From a virus: a stretch of 64,000 nt of DNA. How positions within the stretch are numbered: the stretch's first letter is position 1; every line of letters begins with the position of its first letter. The DNA lies in IMG/VR virus record IMGVR_UViG_3300003690_003063, positions 32,001-96,000 of that record, one strand, 5' to 3'. Positions 38,659 through 47,693 of the stretch are shown one piece after another. The translations under genes were made by a program, and so were the position numbers. Under the pieces are notes generated by a model. The model was not told the origin of the DNA and did not search any database. It saw only the letters and a program-made list of their open reading frames with translations.

Positions 38659-41658
38659 ATGTCAGTTAAAAACTACCGATTTGTATCACCTGGAGTCTTT
38701 ATCAATGAAATTGATAACTCCCAGATGCCCGCGTCGCCGGCGGGAATAGGCCCAGTCATCATCGGCCGCGCCGCCAAGGGTCCGGCTCTTAGGCCCACCA
38801 CTGTTAGCTCTTTTTCTGAGTTTATTAGAATTTTTGGGAACCCCGCTGCTGGCGCTAGCGGCGATGACGTATGGCGAGAGGGGTCAAGCACCCAAGCGCC
38901 TACTTATGGTGCGTATGCTGCTCAGGCTTATCTTCGTAATAGTTCCCCCTTAACTTTTATCCGCCTCCTTGGCGTCGAAACCACCGATGGAACGGTGTCC
39001 GGCGAAGGCGAAGCTGGCTGGAAGGCCGACAATGCTTATGGCCTTTTTATCTTTGAATCAGGGTCGGGCGCGGTGCACACCACAGCATCAGGGTCAGTGA
39101 CCGGTGCCTTAGCGGCCATTTTTTATACCAATGATAACGCTTCTCCGTCGATCACGGGAAGTTCGGTTTGTTATGTCCCAGATTTGAGCGCCTGGTCCCC
39201 GACCGCGCTCGACGGCCCCCTCCCCTACGGAGGCACTGTGGGCACCGCTTCAACTGATCCCCTTTCGAACATCATCGGACGCGCTGGATTTCAGTCGGTG
39301 CTTTGGACGAATTTAGCCTCAAATAATTATCAGTTCAAGATGATTATGAGTGGCGCATACGCCGATAACCAACACATTACGGCTTCGTTTAACTTTGATG
39401 TCAACAGCTCCAAGTATATTCGCAAGGTCTTTAATACCAACCCACAGCTTATGAATGCCGCAATTACGGATGCGAGCAATCGCCAAAACTATTTCTTGGG
39501 CGAGACGTTTGATCGGTTCCTTAAGGCGAATATTACGCCTGCGCAGGGTATCACGTGGGCCGCCATCGCGAAGATTTATAATACGGGGTCTTATGGCTCC
39601 GGATCTGTTTATAATGACAGCGCCCAAAGTGCCCAGACCCCATGGGTTGTTGGATGTGATTTGGGCGATAACCGGATTCCGAGACTCCTGAAGCTCCACG
39701 CTCGTGGCCAAATGGGCGATTGGACCAATCGAAACATTAAGATCTCCGTCCAGGATGTTAAACAATCTACTAATGAATCTACTGATTATGGTACCTTCTC
39801 AGTGGTGGTTCGTAAACTCAGTGATTCTGATAATGTTGTGGTTGTATTAGAACAGTTTAATGATTGTAACTTAAACCCGGAGTCGTTGAATTATGTCTGC
39901 CGCAAGATTGGTGACAAGTATCTTAGCTGGCGAGAAGATGAACGACGATATCAAGAGGTTGGAGATTATGACAACCGCTCCGACTTTATTCGCGTCGAAG
40001 TCGCCGGCGATGTAGACGGCGCCGTAATGAACGCTATGTACCTTCCCTTCGGATTTGAAGGCATCATTAAGTACAAGGATGACACTGGGGCCAGCGTAAT
40101 TTATGGCTGCGGCGAAGGTGGCGCCGTCGCGTCGACCAATTCTCCGGCCGGCAATTGGGCCACAGGAAGTGAAGCCCATATAGCGGGACAGTACCCACCC
40201 GACAATTTCTTCGTCCCCGGCGCACTCGGAGGCATGGCTACTACCGGCAGTGTCTTTGTTGTTAGTGGCTCCCGAATGACCGCTTCTGTTTTGTTCCCCG
40301 CACCTGAACTGCGCGTGAACGCTTCTGCTGGCGGCCTAGGGGAGTTAACGGATGCATATTTTGGATTCCAAACCACGAGAACTACGGCGGGCACTGTTTA
40401 TGATGCTTCGACGATTGACCTTCTGCGCCCCCGCGGCGCTCTTGTTGCTAACATGTTTGCTGGCGTTACGGGCAGTGTGAACCGTTCTGTACAGTTCACC
40501 TTGGACGATATATCTGGTAGTCTGGGAACGTGGATTTCCGGTTCCCGCGCCGAGTCCGGCGCCACGGTCGCCGGCACATCGCTTAGTGCGATGGACGGTG
40601 CCATCAGCGGTGTTCTGGACGCAGGTTTCGATCGATTTACCATTCCTATGTTTGGTGGCTTTGATGGTCTTAACATTGATGAGATGAATCCCTTCAGAAA
40701 TAACGTGATGGGACAAATATCGAGTATTACTGACCAAAATAGCTATCAGTATAACTCAATTCGGCGCGCCATTGACTCGACGTCTGATCCCGAAGTTGTT
40801 CAGATGAACCTGCTCTCAATGCCCGCGCTCACGCACGAAGGTTTGACAACGAACATGATTCGAGTATGCGAAGATCGCGCTGATTCTTTGGCCGTTATTG
40901 ACCTTCCTGATGGGTTTACTCCACGAGCTGAATCCACCGTTTCCGCGCGGAATAATACAGCTAGTACGATTAGGCAGGCAATTGCGAATCTTCGGGCTCG
41001 GGGACTCAACTCTTCGTATGCTTGTACGTTCTATCCGTGGGTTCGTGCGCGAGACACCATTAGCGGGCAACTCTTATGGCTACCACCTTCTGTTGCGGCT
41101 ATTGGAACTTTCTCAAGTTCGCAGCGCAAGACGCAGGTTTGGTTTGCCCCCGCTGGTTTCAACCGCGGCGGCCTCACTGAGGGCGCAGCTGGAATTCCAG
41201 TCGTAGATGTGGCCCATAGGTTGCGTCGGAAGGATCGTGACGATCTTTACGCCGCGAATATTAATCCCATCGCGAAGTTCCCCGCAGAAGGCATTGTAAT
41301 CTTCGGTCAGAAGACCCTTCAGGTTACTCCCTCTGCTTTGGACCGGATTAACGTACGTCGTCTTATGCTTTTCATCAAGAAGCGCATTTCTCAGATGGCC
41401 TCTACCATTCTGTTTGATCCCAATGTGGCGACCACCTGGGCACGCTTCACTTCGATGGTAGACCCCTTCTTGGCAGACGTGAAGACCAATTTTGGTCTAA
41501 CTGAGTACCGGGTGGTTTTGGATGAGACGACAACGACGGCCGACTTAATTGATAGAAATATCTTGTATGCCAAGATTTTCTTGAAGCCGACCCGTGCTAT
41601 TGAATATATTGCGATTGACTTCAATATCACTAGAACCGGAGCATCTTTCGATGATTAA
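38659..41658 (+). CDS. Contractile tail sheath protein (gp18-like)
   Basis: SPGVFINEID, WFAPAGFNRG, LY..NINPI, GQKTLQ..PSALDRINVRRL, KPTRAIEYI. Confidence 0.95.
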   Translation: MSVKNYRFVSPGVFINEIDNSQMPASPAGIGPVIIGRAAKGPALRPTTVSSFSEFIRIFGNPAAGASGDDVWREGSSTQAPTYGAYAAQAYLRNSSPLTFIRLLGVETTDGTVSGEGEAGWKADNAYGLFIFESGSGAVHTTASGSVTGALAAIFYTNDNASPSITGSSVCYVPDLSAWSPTALDGPLPYGGTVGTASTDPLSNIIGRAGFQSVLWTNLASNNYQFKMIMSGAYADNQHITASFNFDVNSSKYIRKVFNTNPQLMNAAITDASNRQNYFLGETFDRFLKANITPAQGITWAAIAKIYNTGSYGSGSVYNDSAQSAQTPWVVGCDLGDNRIPRLLKLHARGQMGDWTNRNIKISVQDVKQSTNESTDYGTFSVVVRKLSDSDNVVVVLEQFNDCNLNPESLNYVCRKIGDKYLSWREDERRYQEVGDYDNRSDFIRVEVAGDVDGAVMNAMYLPFGFEGIIKYKDDTGASVIYGCGEGGAVASTNSPAGNWATGSEAHIAGQYPPDNFFVPGALGGMATTGSVFVVSGSRMTASVLFPAPELRVNASAGGLGELTDAYFGFQTTRTTAGTVYDASTIDLLRPRGALVANMFAGVTGSVNRSVQFTLDDISGSLGTWISGSRAESGATVAGTSLSAMDGAISGVLDAGFDRFTIPMFGGFDGLNIDEMNPFRNNVMGQISSITDQNSYQYNSIRRAIDSTSDPEVVQMNLLSMPALTHEGLTTNMIRVCEDRADSLAVIDLPDGFTPRAESTVSARNNTASTIRQAIANLRARGLNSSYACTFYPWVRARDTISGQLLWLPPSVAAIGTFSSSQRKTQVWFAPAGFNRGGLTEGAAGIPVVDVAHRLRRKDRDDLYAANINPIAKFPAEGIVIFGQKTLQVTPSALDRINVRRLMLFIKKRISQMASTILFDPNVATTWARFTSMVDPFLADVKTNFGLTEYRVVLDETTTTADLIDRNILYAKIFLKPTRAIEYIAIDFNITRTGASFDD

Positions 41659-41688
41659 TAATCAACGAGGATTTTATGCCGGTGCGAA

Positions 41689-41695
41689 CTATTTA
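41689..41695 (+). promoter_or_regulatory. Candidate late promoter CTATTTA upstream of the tube gene
   Basis: Exact motif in the intergenic region. Confidence 0.55.
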
Positions 41696-41723
41696 ATTTT
41701 AGAACTGTAGGAGAACTAAACTA

Positions 41724-42290
41724 ATGCCATTTTGGACAAGCGCTTTATCGGAACCGAAAAGACAACATAGATTTATCTTGAGGTTGCCCAACCTAATCTC
41801 GCAAGACGAGGAACATACGTATGCTGAGTACCTGGCAAAGACGTTTACAAAGCCCTCCTACTCGATTACTAGCACCGAACACAAGTTTCTTGGAAACACG
41901 TATTACTACCCTGGCACCGTGGCATGGGGAGATTGCGCGGCCTCGATTGTTAACTCGTTGACGCCCGATGGAAATAAGCTTTTATACGATGCCCTCTCAA
42001 AATCTGGATATCTTAAGCCAGATCAACAGTTGGATGCCTTGATTGAAGGAAATGTTGGGACAGTTAATAAGGCTAGCGCCCTCGGCGCGCTGGGACAGGT
42101 AGAGATTGACGAGCTCACCGGTACAGGAGAAGTTGCCGGGCGCTGGAAGTTACAAAATGCTTTTATCCTGGATGCTAAATTCGGCGATCTCGATTATTCC
42201 GGCGATGAATTACTTAATATTGATATGACTTTCAAGTATGATTGGGCTACATATGAATCTTTTACTGTGGTAACTGATCCCACGGAATAG
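41724..42290 (+). CDS. Tail tube protein (gp19-like)
   Basis: EPKRQHRF, KP, YPG...W, W.L.NAF....FGDLDY, TFKYDWA; follows the sheath gene. Confidence 0.85.
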   Translation: MPFWTSALSEPKRQHRFILRLPNLISQDEEHTYAEYLAKTFTKPSYSITSTEHKFLGNTYYYPGTVAWGDCAASIVNSLTPDGNKLLYDALSKSGYLKPDQQLDALIEGNVGTVNKASALGALGQVEIDELTGTGEVAGRWKLQNAFILDAKFGDLDYSGDELLNIDMTFKYDWATYESFTVVTDPTE

Positions 42291-42314
42291 GCAAAATAAG
42301 AAAGAAGGTGCCGA

Positions 42315-43181
42315 ATGGCAAGAAGAAACTCAGAACGACTACAACCTCACCACGAACCAAATAGCGACGAATCACCTCCCCCTCCTGCAGTTAACCCCTC
42401 CGAAGGAGGGAACGTCTTTTCCTTTGTAACACCTACAGAATTTGTAGAGCTTCCTAGTAAAGGCGCTCACTATAATGAGGACCATCCCCTACGCGGCGCA
42501 GATACTATAGAAATCCGCCACATGACTGCCAAAGAAGAGGATATTTTAACTTCGGAAGCACTTATACGCAAGGGTCTCGCTCTTGATCGACTGTTACAGG
42601 CCGTCATAATGGACAAATCAATAAATGTGAATGATCTCCTGGTAGGAGATAAAAATGCTATCCTTATTGCCTGTCGAAAGACGGGGTATGGTTCGAGTTA
42701 TGAAACCACAGTGGTATGCCCCACTTGTATGACAAGCGCAGAGTCTGTTCTTGATTTGGATGATCTCGTCATCAAGGAATCCAAGAACTTACCAGAAAAT
42801 GTGAGCGAGAATGCGAATGGTAACTATACTATTCGTTTTGAAGATATTGATCTTAATCTAGAAGTGCGTCTTTTAAGAGGTTCCGATGAAAAGCGCGTGG
42901 CCCAGTTACGGGACAACCGTAAAAAGCGCAAGCTTCCGTCAGCAAATATTACGGATCAGCTAGTTGCCATAATCGTGTCTATTAATGGTATGACAGAAGC
43001 CGCTATTATTAAACAATTCGTGGAACGCGTGCCCGCCATCCTTTCACGACAGATCAGGACAATTTATGACGAACTAACTCCAGATTTGGATTTAAGTTTT
43101 GAGTTTGAATGTGATGAATGTAATTATGTGGGGAAAGTAGGTATGCCGTTGACGGCAGACTTTTTTTGGCCTCAATCATAA
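42315..43181 (+). CDS. Baseplate hub/tail assembly chaperone (gp26-like)
   Basis: PTEFVELPSKG, IRHMTAKEEDIL, CPTC and CDEC, ends PLTADFFWP. Confidence 0.8.
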   Translation: MARRNSERLQPHHEPNSDESPPPPAVNPSEGGNVFSFVTPTEFVELPSKGAHYNEDHPLRGADTIEIRHMTAKEEDILTSEALIRKGLALDRLLQAVIMDKSINVNDLLVGDKNAILIACRKTGYGSSYETTVVCPTCMTSAESVLDLDDLVIKESKNLPENVSENANGNYTIRFEDIDLNLEVRLLRGSDEKRVAQLRDNRKKRKLPSANITDQLVAIIVSINGMTEAAIIKQFVERVPAILSRQIRTIYDELTPDLDLSFEFECDECNYVGKVGMPLTADFFWPQS

Positions 43182-43365
43182 ATACCAAGAACTAGTTTAC
43201 GAAGAGTTTTTTATTCTAAAACACTATGGTGGGTGGTCATTTTTTGAAGTCTATAACTTACCGGTCCAATTACGGCGCTGGTTTCTTAATCGACTCTCCG
43301 CTGAGTACGAAAAACAGAATAAGGCCATGGAAGAAGAGACATCTAAGAGCAAGCAACGGAGGTAA
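43153..43365 (+). CDS. Start-less gp51-like/G-T type extension, probably reached by a +1 (or -2) frameshift at the T7 run 43161-43167
   Basis: Frame between TGA (43150) and TAA (43363-43365) reads FFGLNHKYQELVYEEFFILKHYGGWSFFEVYNLPVQLRRWFLNRL..., with no ATG/GTG/TTG until near its end. Confidence 0.7.
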   Translation, partial: RQTFFGLNHKYQELVYEEFFILKHYGGWSFFEVYNLPVQLRRWFLNRLSAEYEKQNKAMEEETSKSKQRR

Positions 43366-43416
43366 AAGGCGCCCCTTTTTATTTCTGAAACTAGTTATTG
43401 TGGAGTTTTATTTTCG

Positions 43417-43737
43417 ATGGTTTCCGACACATTAGTAATTAATTTAAATGATCCTCTTTTAAAAGAGATAAAGGTCTATACCCAATTTCGAAACCAGGTT
43501 AATAATTTACTTCTAGATTTATATTACGCTGGGGTTGAGTTGCCGGTTTCTATCCGCGGCACCCAGAGCCAAGTGGAAACCTTTTTTAATGCTTTGCGAA
43601 AAGAAAAAAATTATATGGATAGCTATATGAAGTATGGGCTTGATGATTCCGTAACCCTTCGTAACCGACATAAACTAGATAGGTCGGTACACGATTTTGA
43701 GAGGGAGACGGGTCTTAAGTGGCCATTTAAAAATTAG
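43417..43737 (+). CDS. Hypothetical protein between the chaperone and tape measure genes
   Basis: 106 aa; GGAG upstream; preceded by CTAGTTA. Confidence 0.6.
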   Translation: MVSDTLVINLNDPLLKEIKVYTQFRNQVNNLLLDLYYAGVELPVSIRGTQSQVETFFNALRKEKNYMDSYMKYGLDDSVTLRNRHKLDRSVHDFERETGLKWPFKN

Positions 43738-43750
43738 GGGCACATAGAGA

Positions 43751-46375
43751 ATGGCAGAGCTAACTCAAGAATCTATTAATGCACTTAATCAAATCCTTGG
43801 ACGGATCGATCGGCATCTCAGGACTGAGGGTCGACCAGGTGGTGGTGGTGGTGCCCCGCCTCGTCTCGGCCCGGATTTGGGACCTGCGGGGGGTGCCGAT
43901 GATCTCTCCTATCGCGAGAGAGCCACCCGGCACTATGGGAAGCAAGCCGATGAGGTGACGCGGCTTTTAGTTCAGCTTCGCGAAAAAGAAGAACTTATGG
44001 GAAGGCTTACGTCTGCCGAGAGGCTCGAAGTAAAAGAACTCCAGCAACAAGAAGATGCACTTCAAAGGGTGAACGCCGCCCTTCAAGACAACACGGAGGA
44101 CTTAGGAGCTGCTGTTAAGGCCCTTGACAAGTTGACCGAGGCGCACAAACGCCATCGTGAACAGCTTAAAGAAGGCGCACAAATTGCCGAGAATTATGAG
44201 AATAAATTATTTGGATTAAGCGGTGAATTTGGGGCTCTTTATACAAGGTTTATTCCCAAATCTATTACTTCTTTTAAGTCGTTTGGCAAATCTCTTGTTA
44301 CAAATATCTTTTCTATAAATGGAGTTATTTCTGCTGCTCTTAAGCTCGCCAATATCTACTTTAACCTGGCGTTTGCTGCCGATCGCGCTGCGTCATCTTT
44401 TAAGAAATCAACCGGCGCTGGTGAAGGCTATACTGATAATATAGAACGAGTGCGCGATGCAAATATACTCGCGGGCGTCAGTTTCGAGGACTCATCTGCT
44501 GCCATGGCCGGCCTTTATAAGGGCTATACCTTATTTAATCGGGAGAGCGAGGGTACCCAAGATGCCATGGCATCACAAGTGGCTGTATTTGGGAAGTTGG
44601 GGGTATCGGCTGGCACGACAATCGGAATTATGGGACTTGCTCGCCAAGGTTTGGGAATGACTGGTAAAGAAGCCCTGAAGCTTACGGACCAACTTAAAGA
44701 TACGGCCTTTAGCTTGCACATGGACCTGGGGGGCGTACTGGAATCGTTCTCACAGGCGGCCCCCCAGCTGGCTTTTTACGGAGATGATCTTATTCATGTG
44801 TTCCGCAAGCTTCAGATGCAGGCCAAGGATACGGGGTTGTCGGTAAGTGATATTCTGGGCATCGTGGGCGAAGGCTTTGATACTTTTGATGGAGCAGCTA
44901 GCAAGGTGGGGAGAATGAACGCTTTATTGGGCGGCCCTTATCTTAACTCTATAGACATGTTAAATGCCTCCGAAGGCGAACGTCTTGATATGCTTAAGCA
45001 ATCCATGGACGCCTCTGGCCGCGTGTTCTCGGATTTGAGTAAGTACGAACAAAAGGCGTTTGCGGCAGCCCTGGGCACCGATGTCCTCAGCCTTCGAAAA
45101 GCTATGGGCGCCTTAACTTGGGAAGAAGAGGAGCGCATAAAAGTACAGGAAAAGGCAGAGAAGCGCGCCAGAAAGGCTAAAGACGCTATGGAATCGCTGG
45201 CTTTGGCGTTTGAGAACTTGTTCAAACAAAACAAGAATTGGATGAAAAAGGTTGTCGAGGGAGTCAGGAAGTTCGCGGAATATGTTCAAAAGTTTGACGA
45301 CTGGAAAGACCTCCTTAAAGATATTCCTAAGCAGCTGAAAAAACTTATCCCACCCAAAGTGCAAAAAGGGCTGAAGATATTTGGGATTGCGTTGCTGACG
45401 ATGGGGGCAATGCTGCTTGCTTTGAAAGTTGCTCTCATCGTTACTGCGGGCATTCTTTTGGTGACCTTCTTGCCAGCCATTATGGCCGCCATGGCCCCAT
45501 TCTTGCCGATCATCGCCGTTATAGGCCTCTTTGTTGTTGCTATCGGTCTTATGGTGGCTGCCTTCCTTTCATTCAAGCCCGAAGATGTCGGCTGGATCCA
45601 ATGGTTTAAAGACTGGGCGTTTACAATCGCGGGTATAGTACCGGGCTTACAAAGCGTCGCCAAAGGTTTTGGTATGTTTTTTGATAAGTTAATGAAAGGC
45701 GAAACTATTATGAGCGCTTTAAAGGGGGCTATGCTCGAATTTGCCAACAGCTTAACTTATGGCAAATTCGGCTGGGTTATGGCGAAGCTCACCGGGGACG
45801 AATCATGGAAAGGGGGAGGTGCGTCAACGGTGCCGTCACCACCCAGGACGCGCCCGACGTCGCCCTCCACGATTCAGGATGGTGGCTTTATCGCCGGCAC
45901 ACAGGGGGTGGCCGAATTCGCGTCTGCGGATGATGTGCTCGCTCTGAAACCCGGAGGGGGGATTGGTAGCGCCTTCGCCCAGATCGCCAAGGGCGCCGCC
46001 GAAGGCGCAGGCGCCAACTTCGCGAAGATGGGTAAGGGAATACAGACGTTTGACACCGAAGCCAAGGCAGTTAAAAGTCCAGAAGATCTTAAAAATCTTC
46101 TCGGCATGGGTCCAGGTGGAGTGTGGCAGCAGATGGCGTCTACGATCAAGAAAGGTAAAGACGCCCAACTGAAAAAGTTGTTGACTCCTCCCGTTGATGA
46201 TGAAATGTTAAGGAGGGCCATCACGGATCCTCTTATAGTGGCCCTCGCACAGCTGGAAGATAAAGAAATTATAGTGCAGATTGGAGATGCAGCTGCCGGC
46301 CGCATTGTTACAAAAGGTATGAACTCTAGAACAGGGGCAAGCGCGGTATTACCGTGGTTACCAGGGAGAAAGTAA
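43751..46375 (+). CDS. Tail tape measure protein
   Basis: 874 aa, helical, Ala/Gly/Lys-rich, with a long hydrophobic segment; position after tube and chaperone. Confidence 0.8.
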   Translation: MAELTQESINALNQILGRIDRHLRTEGRPGGGGGAPPRLGPDLGPAGGADDLSYRERATRHYGKQADEVTRLLVQLREKEELMGRLTSAERLEVKELQQQEDALQRVNAALQDNTEDLGAAVKALDKLTEAHKRHREQLKEGAQIAENYENKLFGLSGEFGALYTRFIPKSITSFKSFGKSLVTNIFSINGVISAALKLANIYFNLAFAADRAASSFKKSTGAGEGYTDNIERVRDANILAGVSFEDSSAAMAGLYKGYTLFNRESEGTQDAMASQVAVFGKLGVSAGTTIGIMGLARQGLGMTGKEALKLTDQLKDTAFSLHMDLGGVLESFSQAAPQLAFYGDDLIHVFRKLQMQAKDTGLSVSDILGIVGEGFDTFDGAASKVGRMNALLGGPYLNSIDMLNASEGERLDMLKQSMDASGRVFSDLSKYEQKAFAAALGTDVLSLRKAMGALTWEEEERIKVQEKAEKRARKAKDAMESLALAFENLFKQNKNWMKKVVEGVRKFAEYVQKFDDWKDLLKDIPKQLKKLIPPKVQKGLKIFGIALLTMGAMLLALKVALIVTAGILLVTFLPAIMAAMAPFLPIIAVIGLFVVAIGLMVAAFLSFKPEDVGWIQWFKDWAFTIAGIVPGLQSVAKGFGMFFDKLMKGETIMSALKGAMLEFANSLTYGKFGWVMAKLTGDESWKGGGASTVPSPPRTRPTSPSTIQDGGFIAGTQGVAEFASADDVLALKPGGGIGSAFAQIAKGAAEGAGANFAKMGKGIQTFDTEAKAVKSPEDLKNLLGMGPGGVWQQMASTIKKGKDAQLKKLLTPPVDDEMLRRAITDPLIVALAQLEDKEIIVQIGDAAAGRIVTKGMNSRTGASAVLPWLPGRK

Positions 46376-47320
46376 ATGGCAAATGACGAAATGACGATGG
46401 CCGAGAAGGCCGCGGCAGCCGAACAAGAGATGGTCGACCTGATAAAGGCGGCCCACACACAACCCTCACATACATTTAAGGCTCCAGAGGACTTTGGTAC
46501 ATTGCGCAAGTCCTTTGGACATGGCCCGGGCTCGAGCGTTGTGAAAATGCCTGCCGGCTCGGCCAATGATGCCCTTCAGATTCAAATTACCCATATTCCT
46601 ACACGGAACAAGATTACTTTTGAGGGATGGGTTACCAATTTTGCTGATCAATTTAATTCTACGTGGTCTGGAACTCCCGCATACGGGCGAATGGATGATC
46701 TTTATACTTTTCAACGAACGGGGCGAAAAATTAGTATGGCATTTGATGTAGTTGCTCATTCGGGCGACAAGGCCAAAAACAACGCACAGAAGCTTAATAG
46801 ATTAACACAATTTTTATATCCGGTATATAGTGATGAGTTTGGCACCAAGTGTGATACAGCAACCGGTCAGTCCACTTCAGTTGAACTAGCGCGCAACCAA
46901 CGCGTACTTACATCTCCTCCTCTTTTAAAATTACATTGGGCAAACATGGCAGAAAATGTGCAAACAGGCGAGGGCCTAGTAGGATTTCTGGGTGGCTTCA
47001 GCTATGCTCCTATAATGACGTCGGGACAGTTTATAAAAAGTAGCGGCGGCATTTTAAATTTTCAACATTTTTCGGTCACTCTTGATTTTACTGTTCTTCA
47101 TACCCATCTTACTGGGTGGAGCAGGGACTCGAGCGGAAATTATGTTTTTGGGGGTTCTGAAGCAGAGAGGAACAAACTGGCAAGCTTCCCGCATAAAGCG
47201 TCGAATGTCGTTGTGGAGGGCGTCTGGTCTCGAGATAAAGGCGCCATGATCACCGTAGCTGCCCCGGCCGAAGTTGGAAACCAAGAAGCAGAAGCAGAAC
47301 AGTGCGCTGTTTTGAAGTAA
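46376..47320 (+). CDS. Baseplate tail-tube initiator (gp48/gp54-like)
   Basis: F.DQF.STW...YGRMD..YTFQRTGRKISMAF, PPLLKL; position after the tape measure gene. Confidence 0.7.
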   Translation: MANDEMTMAEKAAAAEQEMVDLIKAAHTQPSHTFKAPEDFGTLRKSFGHGPGSSVVKMPAGSANDALQIQITHIPTRNKITFEGWVTNFADQFNSTWSGTPAYGRMDDLYTFQRTGRKISMAFDVVAHSGDKAKNNAQKLNRLTQFLYPVYSDEFGTKCDTATGQSTSVELARNQRVLTSPPLLKLHWANMAENVQTGEGLVGFLGGFSYAPIMTSGQFIKSSGGILNFQHFSVTLDFTVLHTHLTGWSRDSSGNYVFGGSEAERNKLASFPHKASNVVVEGVWSRDKGAMITVAAPAEVGNQEAEAEQCAVLK

Positions 47321-47346
47321 ATAGGGTATAACAAAGGAGATTTAAG

Positions 47347-47685
47347 ATGGGAACTCGATATGATAATAGACTCCTTCTGAGAAACGATGCGGAGGAGTAT
47401 GAAAATATATTTGAAGAAAGAGGAGTAAAATATATAAAACAATATAATAGCGCGCGCCTTTATTATCCCACTCCCAATCAAATCGGAGGCCTCCAAAGGG
47501 TCCAACATATTTGGAAGGTGGGGGATCGATATTATAAGCTTGCCGCAGAATATTATGGAATTCCTACTTATTGGTGGGTTATTGCTCATTACAACAAGAA
47601 GCCCACAGAATCACAGGTTTCCATTGGAGAAGTTATTTATATTCCTCTTCCTCTTCCTAAGATTCTTAATTATATTATGCGTTAG
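47347..47685 (+). CDS. Baseplate wedge protein with a LysM-like fold (gp53/tail X-like)
   Basis: HIWKVGDRYYKLAAEYYG.PTYWWVIAHYN...IGEVIYIP. Confidence 0.8.
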   Translation: MGTRYDNRLLLRNDAEEYENIFEERGVKYIKQYNSARLYYPTPNQIGGLQRVQHIWKVGDRYYKLAAEYYGIPTYWWVIAHYNKKPTESQVSIGEVIYIPLPLPKILNYIMR

Positions 47686-47693
47686 GAAGATAT

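Noticed and set aside
43226-43435. Track ORF MVGGHFLK... as the gene after the chaperone
   Set aside because: The overlapping start-less frame 43153-43365 gives the chaperone-like sequence, while this ORF has no recognisable features.
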